Shown here one piece after another: positions 39,244 through 47,710 of a DNA stretch of 64,000 nucleotides (position 1 is its first letter; each line of letters begins with the position of its first letter). Source of the DNA: Acidobacteriota bacterium. GTDB taxonomy: Bacteria; Acidobacteriota; UBA6911; RPQK01; JAJDTT01. The notes under the pieces are model-generated. The model worked only from the letters and a program-made list of their open reading frames with translations, searched no databases and had not been told where the DNA came from. The stretch spans positions 1,024,001 through 1,088,000 of the forward strand of contig OZ242374.1 of assembly GCA_965209055.1 (NCBI GenBank), written 5' to 3'. The translations under genes and the position numbers were made by a program.

Positions 39244-40566
39244 ATGTTGCCATGCCGAGCGGACGGCCTGGACCGTCGTGACTTCCTGATCGCCACGGCG
39301 GGCCTCGGATCGTCGGCCGGCTCCCTGTTTGCGACCGCACCGAGGCCGCAGGGGCCTCCCGGGCGGAGAAGGACCGGACCCATGAAAATCACCGGATTGA
39401 AGACCTACATGTTCAACGTGCCGACCGGAAGTCCTCCCCCCAGGAAGGGAGTCCGACGGAGCATCGCCAGCACCTTCAAGACCTGGCTGTTCCTGAAGAT
39501 CGAGACCGATACGGAACTCTCAGGCTGGGGCGAGGGGAGCATCGAATGGCTCTCGCCGGTGGTCAGGACGACGCTGGAGGGCTGGCGGGAACTCCTGGTG
39601 GGACAGGATCCGCTCAACGTGGTCGCCCTCTGCGACGACATCTCGGACCGCCTCCCCTGGAAGGGCGGACCGGTCCTGGGTACGGCCCTGGCGGCGGTGA
39701 ACATGGCCCTCTACGACATCGCCGGAAAAGCCTGGGGGGTCCCGGTCTACCAGATCCTGGGCGGCCGGAAGCGGGACCGCATCCGCGTCTACCATGGCGG
39801 CATCAGCTTCGAATCCGTCCAGGAAGCCGTGGCCAAGGCGCGGGCCGCCGTCGCCTCGGGCGTTCGAGGTCTCAAGGGGAACCCTCTGGAGATGCGGACG
39901 TGGCCCATGGACCGGGCTGCCTTGGACGAGTGCGTCCGAATCGTGGCGGCGGTCCGGGAGGAGGTGGGACCGGAGATCGACCTGATGCTGGACACCCACG
40001 GCAGTCCCAATCCGGCCCTGGCCATCGCATTCGCCGAAGCCGTGGCGCCCTACAAGCCGCTCTTCCTGGAGGAGCCTTGCAAGGTCGGGTCCATCGCGGC
40101 GCTCAAGGAGATCTCGGCGCGCAGTCCGGTTCCCATCGCCACCGGGGAAAAATTCTTCTCCTACCGGGAGTTCAAGGAAGTCATCGATGCCCGCGCCTGC
40201 GCGTTCCTCCAGCCCGACCTGAGCCATGCCTTCGGAATCACCCAGTTCCTGGCCGTCTCGCGCCTGGCCGAGGAGGCGCAGATCCTGATGGCGCCCCACA
40301 ACGCGTCGGGACCTGTCCATTTGGCAGCCCTGTTTCAGGCGGACGCCGTCATCTCCAATTTCCTGGTCCAGGAAGCCTGGGGATTGGAGCGGATGGACCG
40401 GTACGTGGAGCACGACCTCACCCTGACAGACGGCCACGTCCGGCTCAGCGACCGGCCCGGGCTGGGGATCCGGGTCAAGGAAGCGGACATCGCCAAGCTC
40501 CGCTATGACGCCGACATGTCCTACCGCCAGTACCGCCATGCCGACGGCAGTTGGAAGGGTTGGTAG
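39244..40566 (+). CDS. Mandelate racemase/enolase-superfamily dehydratase (galactonate dehydratase-like) with Tat-like leader
   Basis: DRRDFL leader; GWGE, ALYDIAGK, MLDTHG, FLEEP, ATGEK, QPDL, APHN. Confidence 0.85.
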   Translation: MLPCRADGLDRRDFLIATAGLGSSAGSLFATAPRPQGPPGRRRTGPMKITGLKTYMFNVPTGSPPPRKGVRRSIASTFKTWLFLKIETDTELSGWGEGSIEWLSPVVRTTLEGWRELLVGQDPLNVVALCDDISDRLPWKGGPVLGTALAAVNMALYDIAGKAWGVPVYQILGGRKRDRIRVYHGGISFESVQEAVAKARAAVASGVRGLKGNPLEMRTWPMDRAALDECVRIVAAVREEVGPEIDLMLDTHGSPNPALAIAFAEAVAPYKPLFLEEPCKVGSIAALKEISARSPVPIATGEKFFSYREFKEVIDARACAFLQPDLSHAFGITQFLAVSRLAEEAQILMAPHNASGPVHLAALFQADAVISNFLVQEAWGLERMDRYVEHDLTLTDGHVRLSDRPGLGIRVKEADIAKLRYDADMSYRQYRHADGSWKGW

Positions 40567-40762
40567 GAGGAGCCGCGGTTTTCCTACCGCCGACCAGGGG
40601 GGGTGGGGACGGCAACACACCCATTGAATCCAGAGATATCCCAAGAGATCCCGGAATATATTTTAAGTGGTTGTTTTTCTTTAGTTTAGACCTGTTCTCA
40701 CCCCGTTTCTTCCTCCCCTGACGTCCCTTGATATCCATCTCCATCCCGTTTATTATGGTGTA

Positions 40763-41998
40763 ATGGGTGATGTAATCAGTGCTCCCCTTTTGCCCCGGAA
40801 GACCAAGCCGAAGGGCCGCCACCCCCACAAGGCGCTCTCCGCCGCTTTCGTGCGCTCCGCCCCACCGGGCAAACACTGCGACGGCAACGGACTCTACCTC
40901 TTCGTCAAGCCTAACGGAGCACGAAGCTGGATCCAACGCCTCGTCATCCGCGGCCGCCGCCGCGACTTCGGACTCGGCGGTGTGGCACTGGTGTCCCTGG
41001 CCGAGGCCCGCGAGAAGGCGCGGGCCAACCGCAAGCTGGCCCGCGAAGGTGGGGATCCCCTGACCGAGAGACGCCGCACGCACAACATGCCCACCTTCGC
41101 CGAAGCCGCCGAGCGGGTGGTGGAGCAGAAGCGGTCCGGCTGGCGCAATCAAAGGCAGGCCCACGACTGGATGGCGAGCTTTCGACGCTACGCCTTTCCT
41201 CACATCGGCCGGATGCCGGTCTCGGAGGTGACCAGCGGCGACGTCCTGGAGATCCTCGTGCCCATCTGGCACGTGAAGTCGCGCACGGCCCGGACCGTGC
41301 GTCAGCGCCTCCGCACGGTCCTGGAGTGGGCCGTGGCGATGGAATACCGGACCGACAACCCCTGCGACCGGGTCGTGTCGGTGCTCGGAGCACAGGACGA
41401 CGTGGTGCGGCACATGCCGGCCTTGCCGCATCGCGAGGTGGGGGCGGCCCTCCGGAAGGTGCGGGCCTCCAACGCGATGCCCGTGTCCCTGCTGGCCTTC
41501 GAGTTCCTGGTGCTCACGGCGGCGAGGTGGGGCGAGGTGCGGTGGGCCGAGTGGCTGGAGATCGATCCGGCGCAAGGGATGTGGACGGTTCCCGCAATCC
41601 GCATGAAGACCAAACGGGCGCACCGGGTGCCTTTGTGCCGCCGGGCGAATGAGATCCTGGAGAAGGCACGCACGCTGGATCATGGAGCCACCCGGTTGAT
41701 CTTCGCCCGAAGGGGCGGAAAGCCGCTCGGCTCCGGCCGGTTGCGCAAGCTGCTGCGCCGGAACGGGATCGCCGCCGTGCCGCACGGGTTCCGGTCGAGT
41801 TTCCGGGACTGGGCGGCCGAGGAGACGGATCATCCACGCGAGGTGGTCGAGGCGGCGCTGGCACATGTGGTGAAGAACAAGGTCGAGGCGGCGTACCGGC
41901 GCACGGACCTGTTCGAGCGTCGGCGTCGGCTCATGGAGGACTGGGCGAACTATCTGGCTGGCGAGAGTCCGGAACGGGTGGCCGGCCGGCTCCGTTGA
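40763..41998 (+). CDS. P4-like tyrosine recombinase/integrase with N-terminal arm-binding domain
   Basis: DGNGLYL...SW...GLG..VSLAEAR..DP arm domain; catalytic pattern LTAARWGE, MKTKRAHRVPL, HGFRSSFR, LAH, EAAYRR intact. Confidence 0.95.
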   Translation: MGDVISAPLLPRKTKPKGRHPHKALSAAFVRSAPPGKHCDGNGLYLFVKPNGARSWIQRLVIRGRRRDFGLGGVALVSLAEAREKARANRKLAREGGDPLTERRRTHNMPTFAEAAERVVEQKRSGWRNQRQAHDWMASFRRYAFPHIGRMPVSEVTSGDVLEILVPIWHVKSRTARTVRQRLRTVLEWAVAMEYRTDNPCDRVVSVLGAQDDVVRHMPALPHREVGAALRKVRASNAMPVSLLAFEFLVLTAARWGEVRWAEWLEIDPAQGMWTVPAIRMKTKRAHRVPLCRRANEILEKARTLDHGATRLIFARRGGKPLGSGRLRKLLRRNGIAAVPHGFRSSFRDWAAEETDHPREVVEAALAHVVKNKVEAAYRRTDLFERRRRLMEDWANYLAGESPERVAGRLR

Positions 41999-42192
41999 TC
42001 CGCCGTGGTGGTTCTCCCGGCAGGCTTCGTGATCTGGGGTTCGAGCCGGATTCCGGGAGGTCGATCTTGACCGCTGAAAAGTGGGGTTCCGTGCCGCTCG
42101 GGGAGTGCACCTGAGACAATGGGCGGCATGTGCACCATGAGGGCTCTTCGATGTGCACGGCACCGTTCCTCTAACTTGCTGTCCCCATTCGG

Positions 42193-42362
42193 GTTACGGC
42201 TCGCCTCGCGGCTCGGCGGCACCGCTCGGGGAAAGCGGAGGTGGACGGGAGCGACCCCCCTTTTTTGCCTCCCGGATCGGCAAAGCGGGGCAGGCTGATG
42301 CGCACTGACCGTGCCATCGCCTCGGGGGGTCGCTCCCGTCCCAATGATCCCTGCCGGGAAGG
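42193..42362. repeat. Structured repeat, copy 1
   Basis: CGGGGAAAGCGGAGGTGG, then 18-bp inverted repeat GGACGGGAGCGACCCCCC (42243-42260) / GGGGGGTCGCTCCCGTCC (42324-42341), then ATCCCTGCCGGGAAG. Confidence 0.8.
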
Positions 42363-42817
42363 CCTCTGGATCGCCTGAGCGCGTGGCGGTGCACCACGGA
42401 ACGGCGCGGTGGGCAGGCCGCCGCGTGCCAGTGCTCGTACCAGCGTCTGTGGACGGCCCCGATGGCTGGACGGAGTGATCTGGCGGATCGAACAGGCAAT
42501 CTTCTTCCAGAAATGCGGAGTGTGCTGAAAGGGACGCGGGCCGATTCGACGGCTATGGCAGCGTCAGGGCCTCGCTGAGACCGGCCATCGAGTGGCGACC
42601 AGGGGCGGAAGATCGCGCCGCCGGCGTGGAGATCGACGACGACGTTCGCGACGCTCTCGTGGCGGGCGACACGCTTGCCGGGGAGCTCATTTTGACGGGT
42701 ACAGAGCGCCCCACCGTGTCGATCCGGGAGTGTAAGGGAGACAACGGGGGCAACTTACATCATGGGAGTCTGCCAACTTACACACGCGATTTCCCCGATC
42801 TCTTTGTCGCTCATGCT

Positions 42818-42990
42818 GTTACGGCCATGTTTTCGGCTCCGCCGTGCCCGCACGGGGAAAGCGGAGGTGGAAGGGAGCGACCCCCCCTTTTTCCTGCCCG
42901 GTGCGGGCGCGGGGGTGTGGCGCAACTTACATCTGCGCCACACCCCCTGGGGGGGTCGCTCCCTTCCAAAATATCCCTGCGGGAAGCCCC
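42818..42990. repeat. Structured repeat, copy 2
   Basis: Same flanks; 20-bp inverted repeat 42868-42887 / 42949-42968 enclosing a perfect 14-bp hairpin (42911-42947) with loop ACTTACATC. Confidence 0.8.
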
Positions 42991-43763
42991 CGGAGAAGAA
43001 TCCGGAAGACCTGTTAGGGCTCTGCCAAGCCTCCATCCTCGACACGCGGTGCAGGATCCAGGCATGACCACAGGCGACACGTGCCACTGGGGTCCGCAGG
43101 TGCAGGTGGATCTTCGGCGTCCTCTTGGACGAGGAGTTGGACCGAACCCCGGAAGGTCTGAACTCGGAACGGCAGGCGGAGGTTCGCGTCGGGGTCCGCT
43201 CCAGGCCCAGCCCCCGATCCAGGGCCTGGCCGACGAGGCGGCCGGTGCGGGTGGTGGTGGTCCGGCCGTCGAGAGCCAGCTCCACGCCGTGGTGGCACCG
43301 GAGCAAGCGGCGGTCGAAGCGCAGGGCGCGGTTTCTCCGGCAACCCGGAACGGATGACGGACCGGGGGAACCGATCCCCCCAGACCCCTCAGTGGCGCCA
43401 GAACCCCTGGCGGCTCACCTTGCCGCCAGTGAACCTGGCGCTTCTGTTCGTCGCGCGTCCCATGAGAATGGGACCCTCACGCGGTCTCCTCGGCCTTCCA
43501 GCCGGGAGTGAGACGTTCGCCCGTTTCCGGCAGTCCTGGCCAATCGGACCCGGTCAGCTCCGAATGTCCGCCCCCAATTCCCGGAGCGCGCAGGCGCTTG
43601 AAACCTGGGAGTCGAGGCGAGAAACTCGTCCATGGAGTCCACGGACCTCCAATAGGGTCGAATGGAATCCCGTTCAGAAGGTGGGATGTAATGATGTAAC
43701 CTGCTCGGGAGAATAGATCATAACTCTATTATTATCAGATACTTAAGAGATCTTTTCCGTAGA

Positions 43764-43849
43764 GGGGACGGCAGTCCCCCCTTTACGCTTTCCAACCGCC
43801 GAATTGCCCAACAACACGCAAAGATGGGCGATTAGGAAATCGCCCCTCC
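43764..43849. repeat. Right-hand part of the interrupted REP-like element
   Basis: GGGGACGGCAGTCCCCCC...TTCCAACCGCCG...GGGCGATTAGGAAATCGCCCCTCC; the left part is GTAGGAGGAGCCGCGGTTTTCCTACCGCCG at 40563-40592. Confidence 0.65.
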
Positions 43850-43888
43850 ATCCCATGGAATTATTCGCCGCGTCGTTATCAGATAGAC

Positions 43889-44992
43889 ATGAACCAGGAA
43901 TCCCGTCTCTGGCTCGCCCTGTCCCGCGTCCCCGGGATGCCCGCCCGCATCACCCGGTCCCTGATCAAGGGGGAGCGGCCGTTGTCATCTTTCTTCGGCT
44001 TGTCCAGAAAATCCCTCCAGAGCCTCCGGCTGCCTGAGAAATCCATCGGCGCCATCGTCGGCGGGTCCGCGCTCCGGACGGCCGACCGGGAAATCCGCCG
44101 GCTTCCGCGGCTGGGGCTGCAGTTGGTGACCCTGGACAGCCCCCGCTACCCTCGACTCCTCCGCCAGATTCACGATCCGCCTCCCGTCCTTTACTGTGCC
44201 GGGCGGATCGAGACCCTGTCCGGACCCTCGGTGGCTTTGGTGGGATCCCGCCGGCCCACCGTCTACGGAAAGGAGGTCAGCCGCAAGCTGGCCCGGGAAC
44301 TCTCCGCGCTGGGACTCTGCGTGGTGAGCGGACTGGCCCGCGGCGTCGATTCCCAGGCCCATTGGGGAGCCCTGCAGGCGGAAGGCGGGACCGTCGGGGT
44401 CCTGGGTTGCGGCATCGACGTGGTCTACCCCCCGGAAAACGGGGAGTTGTTTCGCCGGGTGCGGAAACAGGGTTGCCTGGTCAGCGAGTTTCCCCGCGGC
44501 AGCCCCCCGGCGCGCCACCGCTTTCCGGCCCGCAACCGGATCATCAGTGGACTGGCTCACGGGACCATCGTCACCCAGGCGGCCAAGGGGTCCGGTTCAA
44601 TCATCACCGCGAACCTCGCCCTGGAACAGGGACGGGACGTCTGGGCGGTGCCGGGAGCCATCACCCTGTCCCTGAGCTGGGGTCCCAACTGGTTGATCCA
44701 ACAGGGGGCCAAGGCGGTCCTTTCGGTCCAGGACGTGTTGGAGGAGCTTCCCCCCTCCGTACTGGGACGGCTCGAGGAAAAGAACGCCCAAGCCTCGCCG
44801 GCGCCCCGGCCCACCGCTCGGGAAGAGGCGGTGCTCGACTTGCTGGCCGTCGATTCGACGCTCCATATCGACGCCATCCTGACCCAATCGGGTCTGGACC
44901 TTTCCGGGCTCAGCGACATCCTTCTGAGTCTGGAAATCAAGGGCCTGATCCGCCAGAGTCCGGGCCGCCAGTACAGCCGGCGCCTGTCTTGA
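43889..44992 (+). CDS. dprA: DNA processing protein DprA
   Basis: YPRLLRQIHDPP, VGSR, VSGLARGVD, FPARNRIISGL, SGSIITA; C-terminal winged helix. Confidence 0.95.
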   Translation: MNQESRLWLALSRVPGMPARITRSLIKGERPLSSFFGLSRKSLQSLRLPEKSIGAIVGGSALRTADREIRRLPRLGLQLVTLDSPRYPRLLRQIHDPPPVLYCAGRIETLSGPSVALVGSRRPTVYGKEVSRKLARELSALGLCVVSGLARGVDSQAHWGALQAEGGTVGVLGCGIDVVYPPENGELFRRVRKQGCLVSEFPRGSPPARHRFPARNRIISGLAHGTIVTQAAKGSGSIITANLALEQGRDVWAVPGAITLSLSWGPNWLIQQGAKAVLSVQDVLEELPPSVLGRLEEKNAQASPAPRPTAREEAVLDLLAVDSTLHIDAILTQSGLDLSGLSDILLSLEIKGLIRQSPGRQYSRRLS

Positions 44993-45102
44993 AGCTATTT
45001 TTGTTGCTCCCGGCGGAGGCGCTTGTGCTATAGAAAGGGCGGCTCGGCGGACGCCGTGGCGCCGCGGGACGCAGACTTGACGAGGAAAAGAGACTTTCGA
45101 CC

Positions 45103-47679
45103 ATGACTGATCTGGTGATTGTGGAGTCGCCCGCCAAGGCGAGAACGTTGGGGAGATACCTGGACAAGGGAACCAAGGTCGAGGCCTCGGTGGGCCACGT
45201 GCGCGACCTGCCCAAGAAGGGTCTGGGAGTGGACGTGGAGGCCGGCTTCGAGCCTGAGTACGTGACCATCGAGGGCAAGGGGTCCGTGCTCCGGAAGCTG
45301 CGGGCGGCCGCCAAACGAGCCGACCGGATTCTTCTGGCCACCGATCCGGATCGCGAGGGGGAGGCCATCGCCTACCATATCGCCCAGGAGCTGGGGGCCG
45401 GGAAGCGGGAGCACGCCGGACGCTTCCGGCGCGTGTCCTTCAACGAGATTACGCCCGGCGCCGTGAGGGCGGCCATGGAGCACCCCGGCGAAATCGACAC
45501 GGACCGGGTCGACGCCCAGCAGGCCCGCCGCGTGCTGGACCGCCTCGTCGGATACAAGCTCTCGCCGCTGCTCTGGAAAAAGATCCGGCCCGGCCTTTCC
45601 GCGGGCCGCGTCCAGTCCGTGGCCGTCCGCCTCCTGGTGGAGCGTGAAAGGGCCCGGCGGGCGTTCCACTCGGCAATCTACTGGGACCTCAAGGCGCACT
45701 TGGCGGCGCACCGCAAGCCGTTCATCGCCGGTCTGGTGGAAGTGGACGGCCGGCGGACGGCCACGGGCCGCGACTTCGACGAGGCGACGGGCAAATTGAA
45801 GGCCGGGCGCAAGGTCCTCCTGGTCGACAAGACAATGGCGGACAGCCTCAAAAAGCGACTGACCGAAGAGACGTTCCGGGTCCAGTCGGTACAGAAAAAG
45901 CAATTCCGGACCAATCCGGCCCCCCCTTTCACCACAGCCACCCTGCAACAGGAGGCCAACCGCAAGCTGAATCTGGGCTCGCGGGAGACCATGCGGCTGG
46001 CGCAACGGCTCTACGAACGAGGTTTGATCACCTACATGCGGACCGACTCGGTCAACCTCGCGGGCGATGCCATCTCCCAGATCCGTTCCACCGTCAAGGC
46101 GCGCTACGGGTCCGAGTACCTGAGTCCCCAGCCGCGGCGTTACCGGACCCGCTCCAGTTCGGCCCAGGAAGCCCACGAAGCGATTCGTCCGGCCGGGGCC
46201 GACATGAATACGGCGGCCGAGCTCCGTCTCTTGGGAAAAGAGCGGTCGCTGTATGAACTCGTGTGGCGGAGGGCCGTGGCGACGCAGATGGCGTCGTCGC
46301 TCCAACGCCGGGTGACCGCCATCATCGGAGCGGCCGAGGCCAGATTTCGCGCCCGGGGCAAGACCATCGAGTTCCCGGGTTTTCTCCGAGCCTACGTGGA
46401 AGGGTCCGACGACCCGGAGGCGGTGTTGGAAGACCAGGAGATCCTCCTGCCGGACCTGGTGGAAGGGCAGGAATTGGATCTCAACAAGCTGGAGAGCTTC
46501 GAGCGGCGCACCAGGCCGCCCGCCCGCTACACGGAAGCTTCGCTGGTGAAGGCCTTGGAGGAGAAGGGGATCGGCCGTCCCTCCACCTACGCGGCGATCA
46601 TTTCAACCATCCAGAATCGCGGCTATGCCGAGCTCAAGAAGAAGAATTTGCATCCGACCTTCACCGCTTTTGCCGTGACTCTCCTGATGGAGAATCATTT
46701 CCCCGATCTGGTGGACACCGGCTTCACGTCCAGAATGGAGGAGTCCCTGGACCATATCGCCCGCGGCGACATCGACTGGCGGGAGTATCTGAAGGGCTTC
46801 TACAAGGGAGAGAACGGATTCGAGGCGCGCCTGAACCAGCAGCAGGACAACATCGACCCGCGCGCCGCTTCCACCGTCGAGCTCGCCGGCCTCACGCCGC
46901 GCGTCAGGATCGGCCGGTACGGTCCCTACCTGGAAGAAGACGGCCGGGAAAAACGGCGGACGGCCCCTCTCCCGGACGGGATGCTCCCCGCCGACCTCAC
47001 CGCCGAGCAGGCGGACGAGATCCTGCGCCGCCGCGACCAGGGGCCGGTCGATCTCGGGAAGGATCCGGAGACAGGAGATTCCATCTACCTGCTGGATGGC
47101 CGTTTCGGCCATTACGTGCAACGGGGCGATACGCAGCAGGGAAAAAAGCCGCCCCGCCAAGGGCTTCCGCCGGGCACTACTCCCGAGGAAGTGACCCTGG
47201 ATCTGGCCCTGCGTCTGCTGGCGCTGCCCCGTCAGGTGGGGGAGCATCCGGATTCGGGAGAGCCGGTCAGAGCCGGCTTGGGCCGCTACGGTCCTTACGT
47301 GGTGCACAAGCGGGACTTTCGCAGCCTTGCCCCCGGGGACAACCTGTTCACCATCGGATTGGACCGGGCGCTGGAGTTGCTCTCGACCCCCAAGCGGGGC
47401 GCCAGGACCCCCATCCGGGAGATCGGAGAGCACCCGGATGACGGGGCCCCCATCGAATTGTTCAAGGGGCGCTACGGGCCGTACGTCAAGCACGGCAAGG
47501 TCAACGCCTCCATCGGGAAGGACGTCGACCCGGCCGACGTGGACCTCCCCGCCGCCCTGGAGCTCCTCAAACGGCGTCTGCAACGCGACCAGGCCCGGCG
47601 AGGCGGCCGCAGGACCCGCCGCACATCCGCCAGAGGACGCCGGACCAGCCGTCGCCGGGCATCCCGCCCGCGGCGTTGA
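45103..47679 (+). CDS. topA: DNA topoisomerase I with C-terminal repeats and Arg-rich tail
   Basis: IVESPAKA, ATDPDREGE, SAGRVQS, ITYMRTDS, GIGRPSTY; repeated GRYGPY units. Confidence 0.97.
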   Translation: MTDLVIVESPAKARTLGRYLDKGTKVEASVGHVRDLPKKGLGVDVEAGFEPEYVTIEGKGSVLRKLRAAAKRADRILLATDPDREGEAIAYHIAQELGAGKREHAGRFRRVSFNEITPGAVRAAMEHPGEIDTDRVDAQQARRVLDRLVGYKLSPLLWKKIRPGLSAGRVQSVAVRLLVERERARRAFHSAIYWDLKAHLAAHRKPFIAGLVEVDGRRTATGRDFDEATGKLKAGRKVLLVDKTMADSLKKRLTEETFRVQSVQKKQFRTNPAPPFTTATLQQEANRKLNLGSRETMRLAQRLYERGLITYMRTDSVNLAGDAISQIRSTVKARYGSEYLSPQPRRYRTRSSSAQEAHEAIRPAGADMNTAAELRLLGKERSLYELVWRRAVATQMASSLQRRVTAIIGAAEARFRARGKTIEFPGFLRAYVEGSDDPEAVLEDQEILLPDLVEGQELDLNKLESFERRTRPPARYTEASLVKALEEKGIGRPSTYAAIISTIQNRGYAELKKKNLHPTFTAFAVTLLMENHFPDLVDTGFTSRMEESLDHIARGDIDWREYLKGFYKGENGFEARLNQQQDNIDPRAASTVELAGLTPRVRIGRYGPYLEEDGREKRRTAPLPDGMLPADLTAEQADEILRRRDQGPVDLGKDPETGDSIYLLDGRFGHYVQRGDTQQGKKPPRQGLPPGTTPEEVTLDLALRLLALPRQVGEHPDSGEPVRAGLGRYGPYVVHKRDFRSLAPGDNLFTIGLDRALELLSTPKRGARTPIREIGEHPDDGAPIELFKGRYGPYVKHGKVNASIGKDVDPADVDLPAALELLKRRLQRDQARRGGRRTRRTSARGRRTSRRRASRPRR

Positions 47680-47710
47680 CCCGCTGAGGAATCAGGGCTG
47701 GAGGTTGTCG

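Larger units (their letters stand above)
40605..43773. mobile_element. ~3.17 kb integrase-encoding element inserted into a REP-like palindrome
   Basis: 10-bp direct repeat GGGGACGGCA at 40605-40614 and 43764-43773; AT-rich ends; integrase next to the left end; removal restores GGGGAC-GGCA-GTCCCC within a REP-like unit. Confidence 0.75.

Noticed and set aside
39244-39380. Tat-like leader on an enolase-superfamily enzyme as a novelty
   Set aside because: Such leaders are frequent on these enzymes in Acidobacteria and Planctomycetes; the start could also be the internal Met (MKITGL)
40567-40760. tRNA/tmRNA integration site beside the integrase
   Set aside because: No GGTTCGA(A/G)TCC T-arm or cloverleaf at either junction; only a short resemblance to a tRNA 3' end at the right junction, noted as an alternative
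42193-42990. Structured repeats as CRISPR repeats, integron attC sites or tRNAs
   Set aside because: Only two copies ~625 bp apart; no attC RYYYAAC/GTTRRRY ends; the integrase is P4-like rather than IntI; no cloverleaf, T-loop or CCA pattern
43889-44992. dprA as cargo of the integrase element or a defence gene
   Set aside because: It lies outside the right direct repeat and in the common chromosomal dprA-topA arrangement
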